Of a DNA stretch of 50,710 bases, positions 19,210 to 27,951 are shown one piece after another. The translations under genes were made by a program, and so were the position numbers. The DNA is taken from the IMG/VR virus record IMGVR_UViG_2974616520_000001, positions 113,328 to 164,037 of that record; one strand, 5' to 3'. Each line of letters starts with the position of its first letter. The stretch's first letter is position 1. The notes under the pieces are model-generated. The model had not been told where the DNA came from. It did not search any database and saw only the letters and a list, made by a program, of their open reading frames with translations. This DNA is from a virus. Its lineage: Duplodnaviria > Heunggongvirae > Uroviricota > Caudoviricetes > Ackermannviridae.

Positions 19210-22029
19210 TTACGCAACTGTAACTGTGGTAACAGGACCGAACGTTGTGACACCGTTACCGCCTGAGCCGTTGTTGGCGCGGACTGCAAGACGGTACTGC
19301 CCAGAGTCAGTTGTCTGCACATTCGCTTTGGTATAAGTCTGAGCAGTACCGGATGTGGTGATGTTCGACCAGGTGGTGCCGTTGTCAGAAGAATACTGCC
19401 ACTGCTGGGAGATCGCGTCGGTAACAACCGGAGACAGCGTCAGTGTACCGCCTACAGCAACACTCAGTGTAGCCGGGTTGTTGGTCGTGAACACTGGCTT
19501 CCACGCGTATACCGGCACCGCAAGTTCCTGACCACCAACTGCCATACGCATCCAACGAACTACGTTTGGATGAACTGGCTCACTACCCAGCTGGGCATCA
19601 GTTGCAGGGGTGGAAGTACCGCCATTTGCGCCTGCAGTCAGTCGTGAAGTGATCTCAACCACATCTTCGTTAGCACCAAAACCTGCTTTGTTGGTGTTGT
19701 AGCTGAAGCGACCTGGAATTGCTGTCAGGTTTGGTGAGGTGTTTGTAGTCACGCCGCTCGGAGTAAACTGAGCAGGTACACCAGATTCACGACGAGTCAG
19801 GCCAGTCGATTCAACAAAGATAGAGAACTCAGCTGTGCGCGCCCGGATAGGCACCCAGATCTCAGGGATCACAGTGTTGAACGTCTGTGGCTTATACTGA
19901 GGAGCTGAAGTACAAACACCACCGTTAATGTTGTGGAAGCTGATCTTCGGCGTCGCAGCAGTACCACGGCCCACATAGATGATTGTCTCACCCGCCAGAC
20001 GGTCGGTCAGCATGTTCTGGTTGCCCGCTGTGTTATAGTACGGGTTGCCCACGATACGGATTTTGAATGTACTGCCATTCGTTGGGCTTGAGAAGGAACC
20101 AACGTTGATCCACAGGGTGTTATCTGTATTGTTCTCACCGCGCAGAACACCACGTGTATATTTCGGCTGCACCACGCAATCGAAGTAGGCACCGTTGTTC
20201 ATCAGCAAGTAAGAACCCTGGCCATAACCTTCAGACCACGCGGTGATTGCAGAGCCATCTGGGTTAGTGGTATATGAATTCCATTTACCGCTGGTCGGTG
20301 AATCTGTATCAATGCCGTTACCCGTTGGAACAGACAGGGTACGGACAGTGAATTTACAGTTCCACGCTGTTGCGTTCTTGGTACAGTCTTCGATACAGAC
20401 CATGTCCATATCCCACTGACCGTTGTTAATGTCGAAAGGAACATAACCGTGCTCAAACCAGACGTTACGCATCAAACCCTGGCCAACACGTGGTAACCAC
20501 AAAGCAGGTCCCATCGGACTGGAACAGTTAATGTTCGTAATCTCGATAGAAGTACTGTGGTCCCATGAGCCCTGATACTGAGCCTGTGGATCTGACCAAC
20601 CAGTTTTCAGCCATGGAGCAGCAGTGTTAGAGCTGAACACTTCATTGACTTTAGAATCAAGAGTATCCAGAACGTAGATGCCATGGCCACCAATATTGTT
20701 AAACTGGAGGTTTTCGAGTTTCATATAACAACCACCCGGACATTCATTGGTCAGGAACGGCTGTTTGTTGGTCAGGAAATTGGGCTGGTCGGCAAGTGAG
20801 GTTGCACCTACTGCCAGGTTCGTTCCTGTTGGGTTCGTATCTTTGTTGTACGCATTACGTTGGGTTGTCTGTTGACCATCCCAAATAATGTTTCGAACTG
20901 CAAAGCGGCGATGGTTGATCAGGAAGACCGGATTATCTGACTTGTCTGAAATGATCTTAGTACAAATCAGACGACCAAAACTCGTAACCGCACCTTCGAT
21001 ACGCATACCGCCTGCCGCAGTGTAGCCTGATGGGTTCAGCGCAAGTTCGGTCGCAGTGTATGCTTTGTTTCCAAATTTATTGTAAACGCCAGGCGTTTGA
21101 TAGTAAGTACCAGCACCATAGCGAAGTGTCAGATATGGGGAATACCCGCCGCCGACCGTATTACCACTTTTAGTACCATTGGTCCGAAGACGCGCATAAT
21201 CACCAAACAGGAAATTAATGTAACGCTGGAATGCAGGCTGAGCATCGGTTACGCCATCAGCAGGCGCACCGAAGTCACCAATATACAATTCTTCAATTGG
21301 CTTATCTCGTTCCCAATACCAGGTGCTGTTCACCTGGGCAATGAAACCGCCATCGTCGGCCATGGTCCCTTTGCGAGCAACGAACCAACCATCACCTTCA
21401 GGGAGGAAAGTTGTCAAAGCAGGCGCTGTATGGCAACGAATATAAACACGCTGACCTTCTTCGTCAGGAACCAGTGATCGCAAGGCGTTAAAATTGGCCA
21501 GACCGTCAACGTGAGCCTTCGGCTTACCGCCCAGTGTTTTCAGGGAAGCAGGTTTATCCTGAAGGTCAGTCAGGTTGTTGTTAATTTTCAGAACGGTGGA
21601 AAGGTCAGCATCACCGCCGCCGCTTCCAGTGCCGTTCAGGAGCTTCCAGGCACCATCTTTAACACCGCCAGTTGTTTCAGGAGTAGAGTTAGCTGGAATC
21701 ACTTTTGGATAATCACCGGTCCAGAAGTACCACAGACCAGTAGCCTCGTCAATAACGAACTCTTTGATGTTATCGACTGTGCCGCCAGCTTTGAAGGATT
21801 CACCCTGGATGCTGTTGGAACCGCCTGAAACCAGCGGGCCTACACTTACCCAGTTTTCATTGTTTGGTCGAACGCCTGGAGTGACGTTGAAAGGTTTTGG
21901 ACGGACACCAACATAACGATACCAGTTACCATCCTCATCTTGGATGATACTGTATTCGTCAGTAACGACACCACCGGCCCAGAAGTTACCTGAGCGGCGG
22001 TAATCGGTATTGGTTGAATTCGTTGCCAT
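19210..22029 (-). CDS. Tailspike / putative exopolysaccharide depolymerase with an AmsF-like beta-helix and a C-terminal Ig-like domain
   Basis: Tandem N-terminal attachment domains (GNFWAGG.., WYFWTGDYPK). FGAPADGVTDAQPAFQR is a spike neck motif. LDTLDSKVNEVFSSNT..GWS..WDHSTSIE..PRVGQGLMRNVWFEH..NGQW recalls Erwinia AmsF. QWQYSSDNGTTW...DSGQYRL is I-set Ig-like. Confidence 0.8.
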   Translation of the reverse strand: MATNSTNTDYRRSGNFWAGGVVTDEYSIIQDEDGNWYRYVGVRPKPFNVTPGVRPNNENWVSVGPLVSGGSNSIQGESFKAGGTVDNIKEFVIDEATGLWYFWTGDYPKVIPANSTPETTGGVKDGAWKLLNGTGSGGGDADLSTVLKINNNLTDLQDKPASLKTLGGKPKAHVDGLANFNALRSLVPDEEGQRVYIRCHTAPALTTFLPEGDGWFVARKGTMADDGGFIAQVNSTWYWERDKPIEELYIGDFGAPADGVTDAQPAFQRYINFLFGDYARLRTNGTKSGNTVGGGYSPYLTLRYGAGTYYQTPGVYNKFGNKAYTATELALNPSGYTAAGGMRIEGAVTSFGRLICTKIISDKSDNPVFLINHRRFAVRNIIWDGQQTTQRNAYNKDTNPTGTNLAVGATSLADQPNFLTNKQPFLTNECPGGCYMKLENLQFNNIGGHGIYVLDTLDSKVNEVFSSNTAAPWLKTGWSDPQAQYQGSWDHSTSIEITNINCSSPMGPALWLPRVGQGLMRNVWFEHGYVPFDINNGQWDMDMVCIEDCTKNATAWNCKFTVRTLSVPTGNGIDTDSPTSGKWNSYTTNPDGSAITAWSEGYGQGSYLLMNNGAYFDCVVQPKYTRGVLRGENNTDNTLWINVGSFSSPTNGSTFKIRIVGNPYYNTAGNQNMLTDRLAGETIIYVGRGTAATPKISFHNINGGVCTSAPQYKPQTFNTVIPEIWVPIRARTAEFSIFVESTGLTRRESGVPAQFTPSGVTTNTSPNLTAIPGRFSYNTNKAGFGANEDVVEITSRLTAGANGGTSTPATDAQLGSEPVHPNVVRWMRMAVGGQELAVPVYAWKPVFTTNNPATLSVAVGGTLTLSPVVTDAISQQWQYSSDNGTTWSNITTSGTAQTYTKANVQTTDSGQYRLAVRANNGSGGNGVTTFGPVTTVTVA

Positions 22030-22035
22030 GAGATT

Positions 22036-22071
22036 CCCCTAGTGTTTAATTGAACATCTAGGGGTATTTAG
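22036..22071 (-). promoter_or_regulatory. Late promoter CTAAATACCCC with an SD-masking hairpin (before the spike gene)
   Basis: CCCCTAG/CTAGGGG inverted repeat. Confidence 0.75.
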
Positions 22072-22074
22072 TGA

Positions 22075-22692
22075 CTAGACGGCTTCCTCTGTTTGTTCGG
22101 CCCGCCCTGCTGTACCCTGTGCAGGAATAGACACAGGAGGCTCAGGCCAGGTGATATTTGGTGCAGTGCTCGTGTCCACCCGGTTTACGGCAACCCGGAA
22201 CTGCTTCCACTTCTTGAGGAGAGCCACTTCTTCATCGGTCGCATCGTCCAGATCTACTGCATCTTGAAGAGGATTGATGGCAACCGTCGCCTGAGCCAGA
22301 AGATAAGTCTTCTTGCGGTTGGCTTCGGCCAGGTAGTCAGCCGGGGTTGGAGGCGCTGGATCTACCAGAATTGGATACCCATTGGAATCCTGAGAGATCA
22401 CGCGCCCGTTGGCCTGACCCACAATAAGTTCTGACCAATACTCATATGTCAGTTCAAACTGGGCGTCGTTCATTCGGTTTTCAGTAAACCCGGTCGACAC
22501 ATGATAGAAGATCGGGCGAAACTTGGTTGAAGGATATCCCTGGGCGTTTAATACAATATAAGCGCCATTCTGAAGATCTGCCAAGATGCTCTGATAATCT
22601 TTATCATAGACATAGACTTGCTTATCAGAAACTTGTTCAGTTGTGAAGCCGTCTTTTTCAGAGTAGTACATTTCGTTATTCTCCTGGTTCAT
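22075..22692 (-). CDS. Tail fibre assembly chaperone (Tfa-like)
   Basis: C-terminal [55 protein letters not shown] is the lambda Tfa / P2 gpG-type signature; follows a fibre gene. Confidence 0.9.
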   Translation of the reverse strand: MNQENNEMYYSEKDGFTTEQVSDKQVYVYDKDYQSILADLQNGAYIVLNAQGYPSTKFRPIFYHVSTGFTENRMNDAQFELTYEYWSELIVGQANGRVISQDSNGYPILVDPAPPTPADYLAEANRKKTYLLAQATVAINPLQDAVDLDDATDEEVALLKKWKQFRVAVNRVDTSTAPNITWPEPPVSIPAQGTAGRAEQTEEAV

Positions 22693-23558
22693 TACGCTGA
22701 CCCTAACATAATATACTTGAATCCAAGGATCGAACCATTAGCTGGAATCGTACCCGCCGCGTCTTTTGCATAGATTCGCAAAACACTGGCAGAAACTGGC
22801 GAACCAGAATATGACATGACGATTGCTCCTGGATCTATCAACACTGCTGTGTAACCGGCTGAAGCGAATGCCATCGGGAGAGTAAAATCAGCTGTGCCGT
22901 TATTGAACGTGGCCTGCCCAGTACCTTCCATCAGACGCTTCTGGCCAGCGATATTGATAAACGTGTAAACGCCGTTGGTTCCACCTGTGGCGAAGGCGCT
23001 CATATCTGGGATGTTTCCAGCAGCTAAACCAACGGTCTTCAGAGCAGCACTACCCAGGCCCAGAGTTGTACGCATGTCGGCTGCGGCCGCATTAGCCAAC
23101 AGGGTTCGAGCAAACGCTGTAAGAGACGTGGTCGCCAGTTTATCGACATCCGTGAAGTAAGCCAGTTTGTCAGCTGCAGTTACCAGACCTGCGAGTGCTG
23201 CCAGAGTTGCGTCAGCATCCTGCTTTGAAGTTCCCAGATTGGTGACGGCAGTATTGAGCTGTGTTACCTTCTGTAATGCAGCATCAAGGTTTGCCAATTG
23301 CACGCGTACCAGATCGTAAACCGATGCTGCTCCGACATCCACCCAGTTGGTTCCTGGTGAAGAGCCTTTTGGAACATTCATCGGTAATGAGGCAGTGCCA
23401 GTATACTGCCACCAACTCCCGTTACCGCCATGATCTTTGTCAGAATATACGACGTCTTTCTTGGAGCTGATGGTAGCGCCTGAATGGAATGCCCCGCGCC
23501 GGTTGAAATAGGCTGGCTCGACATCACCGACACCGGCCAGGAAGTTGTTAATCGACAT
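22692..23558 (-). CDS. Short tail fibre with a spike-type N-terminal attachment domain
   Basis: N-terminal [28 protein letters not shown] module. [31 protein letters not shown]...[11 protein letters not shown] is a common temperate-phage fibre motif. Coupled to a Tfa gene. Confidence 0.8.
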   Translation of the reverse strand: MSINNFLAGVGDVEPAYFNRRGAFHSGATISSKKDVVYSDKDHGGNGSWWQYTGTASLPMNVPKGSSPGTNWVDVGAASVYDLVRVQLANLDAALQKVTQLNTAVTNLGTSKQDADATLAALAGLVTAADKLAYFTDVDKLATTSLTAFARTLLANAAAADMRTTLGLGSAALKTVGLAAGNIPDMSAFATGGTNGVYTFINIAGQKRLMEGTGQATFNNGTADFTLPMAFASAGYTAVLIDPGAIVMSYSGSPVSASVLRIYAKDAAGTIPANGSILGFKYIMLGSA

Positions 23559-23565
23559 TTTGAAT

Positions 23566-23600
23566 TACCCCATAAAGATGCCCAGTTATGGGGTATTTAG
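23566..23600 (-). promoter_or_regulatory. Late promoter CTAAATACCCC with an SD-masking hairpin (before the short fibre gene)
   Basis: TACCCCATAA/TTATGGGGTA inverted repeat. Confidence 0.75.
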
Positions 23601-23601
23601 T

Positions 23602-25830
23602 TTACTGCAACACCTCTTCAGCACGGACAAAGGTGAAGACAGCTGTACCACTGGTGTTCGCTGTCCGGATCCTTACATACTTGCCTGCAGGAATCCAGCC
23701 GTTGACATTACCAGACCCGATGTTCACCACGTTGAGAACGCCACTGGTTCCGTTCACAGCCTCGTTCACTGTTACCAGGTTTGTTGTCATGGCAGCGTTA
23801 TCAGCATACTCCAATATCACTCGACCTGTCGTACCACCGAGCAAGAGGGAAGTTGCCGACACATCTACCGTATAGTTGACATTGGCGTCCTGAGTTGCAC
23901 TGACCTGAAAGGCAGTGTTCAGAGCACGAGTTGGATAATTGAATACGCGCTGACGCCCGCCTGTTACCCGGCCCTGAGCATCTGTATTCACCGAGACCAT
24001 GTTGTTCTTGGCTGTACCGACGTTGGGCATACTGATTGTACCAGAGCCAGTGATCGTACCGCCTTCCAACCCAGTTCCCGCCTGGATACTCGTGACTGTG
24101 CCAGGGTTAATGGTAGGGAAGGTTGCCAGAGAACCGTCGCCGCGAATGTACTGACTAACACTCCCTGTTGGCTTGGCGAACTTACCTTCCATAGCCTGAG
24201 TCAGAGCATTGACCTGAGTCTGCCAACCCCCTACGTTGTTCTGTAGGGTACTGACAGCATCAACCACGCTCTTGACAGACAGGTTCAGGGTGCTGATTGC
24301 CTGGCCCTGTGAATCAACCTTCTGGGCCTGAGCCTGGATAGCCTGAGAGTTGGTGGAACCCGTTTGGGCCGCCGCCTGAACAGAGTCACCGAGAGTCTTC
24401 AGAGAGGTTGTGTGTTCTGACAACGTCTGGGTATGTCGTTGAGTGAGATCTTTGAGGCCACTGACATCAGTCCCATTCGTGTTCACAGTGCTTTGGATGT
24501 TCTCAATGCTCTTACCATGAGCTGTGACCACAATATCCTGATCGGTGTCATGCTTCTTCAGCGCCGCAATATCATCAGTGTTGGTCTGAATAGCCTTACC
24601 CTGATTGACCAGTGTTGTACCCTGATCGTCTGAGGTCTTCTTCAGGCCATCGATCACAGCCTGTCGAGTTTCATTATCCGTCCCAGCCTGATCTAAGCGA
24701 TGCTGAACGGCTGTCACAGACTCACCCAGCGCCTTGATAGTAACGCCCTGGTCATTGGCCTTGGACTCCTGAGAGCCAATTCTACGGTCCAGATCACCCA
24801 TCGCCTGAGATTGAGTTGCGTCTGTCTGCTCTGTTGCCTTCACCCGGTTCTGTAAATTGGTGATCGCAGTATCCTGAGCATCAAGCCGCCCGTCCTGGGT
24901 GTCATCACGCAGATCGTTGGAATCAATACGGGCCGCCAGACTGGACTGTGAGATCTGGATGCGAGAGACTGACTCCTGCTGCTTGGACAACACTTCGGTC
25001 TGTTGACGAGTGGATTCCTTGACCGCGTTGATGGAAGTGGTTTGGTTGGCGATAACCTCATTCTGGGTTGTGACTGCCTGGCCCATCTGATTAACAGAAT
25101 CAGCCAGCTGTCCCATGTCGACATGGATACCCTTTATGGAAGTGGTGTTCTTGTCCGTCTGAGCACTTACTGCACCCATACCCTCTTGGACTGCATCCAT
25201 AGCAACAGAACCATCCTGAGAATCCTTCTCAAGGGTGCTCAGCCGTTGTACAACAGCAGTGAGTTGCTGGCCCTGACTCCCATTATGTTGACCCTGGGTG
25301 TCCTGATCGGCCTGGAGCTGGTCAATCGTCCCAGCCTGTTTGACCTGCATATCATTAAGCAGAATGATAGTTTCAGACTGGTTGGACACCAGTTGCTGTA
25401 GAGCACGGATATTGGTGAGATTCTGAGAGATGAGACCTTCGATAGGCATCCATGTTTCTGAACTGACACCACCAGTGAGATCAACAGAAGAGTGCGGCGG
25501 TACTTGCTTTGGTAGTGGGCCGTTCCAGTAGTACCACATCCCTGATACTTCATCAAGAACGAACTGGTTCTTGTTTTCGATCTTACCGCCCTTGTCAAAG
25601 GTGACATCCTGGTCTGTAATACCAGAAGCCATGAGGGTTCCGACGTTGACCCAGCTGTTAGAGTCGGGCCGTTCCCCTGCCATTACGTTGAAAGGTTTGG
25701 TTCTTCTATATCCTGTATACTTCCACCAGTCGCCATTTTCATCCTGTAGAACGCTATACTCATCAACTATGACGCCACCGGCCCAGAAGTTACCTTTAAA
25801 ATAATACTTTCCGGAAGTCTCGGTTGCCAT
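23602..25830 (-). CDS. Receptor-binding protein with a long coiled-coil stalk
   Basis: Same tandem N-terminal modules as 19210..22029, then roughly 390 Q/T/S/D-rich heptad residues, a GTVTSI.AGTGL.GGTIT motif and a beta-rich tip. Likely start MATETSG at 25830. Confidence 0.8.
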   Translation of the reverse strand: MATETSGKYYFKGNFWAGGVIVDEYSVLQDENGDWWKYTGYRRTKPFNVMAGERPDSNSWVNVGTLMASGITDQDVTFDKGGKIENKNQFVLDEVSGMWYYWNGPLPKQVPPHSSVDLTGGVSSETWMPIEGLISQNLTNIRALQQLVSNQSETIILLNDMQVKQAGTIDQLQADQDTQGQHNGSQGQQLTAVVQRLSTLEKDSQDGSVAMDAVQEGMGAVSAQTDKNTTSIKGIHVDMGQLADSVNQMGQAVTTQNEVIANQTTSINAVKESTRQQTEVLSKQQESVSRIQISQSSLAARIDSNDLRDDTQDGRLDAQDTAITNLQNRVKATEQTDATQSQAMGDLDRRIGSQESKANDQGVTIKALGESVTAVQHRLDQAGTDNETRQAVIDGLKKTSDDQGTTLVNQGKAIQTNTDDIAALKKHDTDQDIVVTAHGKSIENIQSTVNTNGTDVSGLKDLTQRHTQTLSEHTTSLKTLGDSVQAAAQTGSTNSQAIQAQAQKVDSQGQAISTLNLSVKSVVDAVSTLQNNVGGWQTQVNALTQAMEGKFAKPTGSVSQYIRGDGSLATFPTINPGTVTSIQAGTGLEGGTITGSGTISMPNVGTAKNNMVSVNTDAQGRVTGGRQRVFNYPTRALNTAFQVSATQDANVNYTVDVSATSLLLGGTTGRVILEYADNAAMTTNLVTVNEAVNGTSGVLNVVNIGSGNVNGWIPAGKYVRIRTANTSGTAVFTFVRAEEVLQ

Positions 25831-25911
25831 GACTCTGTTCCTCATGAAATAAGTCAAATTAATCCATGAAGAATTATATTAAATTTTCTTACCTTCCGTA
25901 ACCTTTTAAAA

Positions 25912-25941
25912 TAAAAACCCCTCAAAAGAGGGGTTTATTTT
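25912..25941 (-). terminator. Terminator after the TSP4-like gene
   Basis: AAACCCCTC-AAAA-GAGGGGTTT with flanking T-rich runs. Confidence 0.8.
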
Positions 25942-27901
25942 ACATCTCTGCAATAAACAAGAGCTGCGCTCCGACTGAAGATCTGACCGATTGTCGCCCA
26001 ACAGCAGTTGCCTGGAAGTTGACGGTGCAAGAACTCGGGCTGGAGTTGAATGTCAGGGTATTGGATGTGTTCGAGCTATAGATCCACTGACCAATCTGTT
26101 TCACTGTTGGGGCAACCCGCATCGGGACTTCCATGACAATCGTCTGATAGTTGTTCTGGCCCGGTATATCCGAGTATCCTGACCAACCAATTGACCCCAC
26201 ACCATCAGCATCATTGATTACACGCTCATAACGAGACACATCACGGATCACCTGACTGAGAGTCTGTTGTGGATACGGCGTAGGGAACGTGCTGTCCTCA
26301 AGTTTAACCTGTGAGATCTGCAGGAAGTTACCCACAGCCGAAGCCAGGTTGACCCCATTTTTGACCAACGACAGATTACCGTTGCTCCACTCACCATCGT
26401 TACCGCGATAGTTCATGCCAGCATAGAAGCCGAAGCGCAGTTTCAGACAGTAATCGTTACCTGCGAACCAGTTCTGGTTTGGGCAAGTCTTCATGTCCAA
26501 CAGGATGGTCTTGTATTCCCAGGTTTCCACATTGAAGATGTCGTACCCGGCGCAATATGAATACTCGTTACTGCCAGGGCCGCTGTTGTCAGGTTTGACA
26601 AACACTGCAGTGTGCCGACCCCTGACATTAGACTTAGCCCAGAACGACAGTGTGAGCACTCGGCCTGCAATTGAGTTAACAGACATACTGCCTTCGATGC
26701 ACTGGCGAATGCTCGACTCATCATCTGCTGAAGGTGAAGCATTGGCCTTTGTAACTTCAATGCGAAGTGAGTTGCGGCTTTGGGAATTAGGAACATCCGC
26801 AACCTTCTTCACCATGAACTTGGCAGAACCCTGAGTCTGACCAAACACCCAGCGCGAAGCTGTAATTGTATTGTCAGCAGCCTCGGGGAATGCGTCACCC
26901 TGATTCCAGAGTTCAAAGTTGGTGTTCTGTAAGAGGTTGGGCTTGGCGAATGTATCCAGTTCCAGACCTTTACGACCCAAGGCCGGAGTATTACCACCGA
27001 TACCACCCTGAGCAACTGTGAGCGGCGTTGTGAGACCTTTGATTTCGGTGATATCAGAGTTGACGCCTGATTTGGCTTTGCCTGACTCTACTGCTGCGAC
27101 GCGGGCTGACAGCTCGTCATTAGGATCGGCAAGCTGTACCGGCGTATATTCCAACACCTCAATCGTTGAACCAGAAGGGACAACTGCTTTGAAGTGGATG
27201 CCATCAGTCTCAAGAGTATACTGAGATTCACGATAACGGTTGCCGCCAACGTAGATGTCGACCATCTCAGGGATAGCGCCGATATCCAACACTGTCGTAT
27301 CTTGCGTCAGCACAGTCTCAAAGACGTTACGACGATATGTGCGTCCAGACCCCAGGCCAGCCGCCGAAGTAACGATCCAGCCCTGATCAGCCCCGGTATA
27401 GGTGAAGGTGAAAGCAGCATAGTCAGTGTTAATGACCATATCATCGGTTGAGCCATAGATCTTGGTGCCGTTACCCTGGATTTTCATCGGGTGAACAGAC
27501 AGACCGCCGAATAGGTCAGCAAACGATACTGAGAGGCCAAGGCGTTTTGGATTGAGAGGCAGAACGACTGTGGCTGCATTGGTCCGGCTGTCAATGAAGT
27601 AGCCGCGCCCGACTTCGGGAGTATATTTGTTGTTGACGCCTACGCCCAACTCCCAACGAATACCGCCACCGCCGAGAGCACGCCAGCCGTCTGAATAAGA
27701 GCCTTCGAATTCATCAGTTTCTGGATTGTATCGAAGAGCTGAAGGATCAATGATGACAGTATCATCGCCCTGTGGAACCTGAAGAACAGCGTCTGAAGTA
27801 TGACTGATAAGGCCATCATTCAGAACGCCTTTGTGAGCAATGATCTGGTCTTCGGCTTCCAGGCCCATTGGGTAAATGGGCTTTGTCAATTTATTAGCCA
27901 T
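25940..27901 (-). CDS. TSP4-like branching hub protein with a non-beta-helical C-terminus
   Basis: N-terminus (MANKLTKPIYPMGLE..RYNPETDEFEG..GGGGIRWE..GRGY..QGWIVTS) recalls CBA120 TSP4. SGVNSDITEIKGLTTPLTVAQGG is a fibre motif. NLLQNTNFELWNQG.. resembles a carbohydrate-binding jelly-roll domain. Confidence 0.85.
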   Translation of the reverse strand: MANKLTKPIYPMGLEAEDQIIAHKGVLNDGLISHTSDAVLQVPQGDDTVIIDPSALRYNPETDEFEGSYSDGWRALGGGGIRWELGVGVNNKYTPEVGRGYFIDSRTNAATVVLPLNPKRLGLSVSFADLFGGLSVHPMKIQGNGTKIYGSTDDMVINTDYAAFTFTYTGADQGWIVTSAAGLGSGRTYRRNVFETVLTQDTTVLDIGAIPEMVDIYVGGNRYRESQYTLETDGIHFKAVVPSGSTIEVLEYTPVQLADPNDELSARVAAVESGKAKSGVNSDITEIKGLTTPLTVAQGGIGGNTPALGRKGLELDTFAKPNLLQNTNFELWNQGDAFPEAADNTITASRWVFGQTQGSAKFMVKKVADVPNSQSRNSLRIEVTKANASPSADDESSIRQCIEGSMSVNSIAGRVLTLSFWAKSNVRGRHTAVFVKPDNSGPGSNEYSYCAGYDIFNVETWEYKTILLDMKTCPNQNWFAGNDYCLKLRFGFYAGMNYRGNDGEWSNGNLSLVKNGVNLASAVGNFLQISQVKLEDSTFPTPYPQQTLSQVIRDVSRYERVINDADGVGSIGWSGYSDIPGQNNYQTIVMEVPMRVAPTVKQIGQWIYSSNTSNTLTFNSSPSSCTVNFQATAVGRQSVRSSVGAQLLFIAEM

Positions 27902-27909
27902 GTTTGATG

Positions 27910-27951
27910 ACCCCTAGAAATAAAATCGGCTTATGTTCTAGGGGTATTTAG
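27910..27951 (-). promoter_or_regulatory. Late promoter CTAAATACCCC with an SD-masking hairpin (before the TSP4-like gene)
   Basis: ACCCCTAGAA/TTCTAGGGGT inverted repeat. Confidence 0.75.

Noticed and set aside
25860-25910. Sigma70-like promoter (TTACGG-17-TATAAT, minus strand) before the coiled-coil gene
   Set aside because: The -35 matches only 2 of 6 positions in an AT-rich stretch; too weak to call, although this gene lacks the late box its neighbours have.
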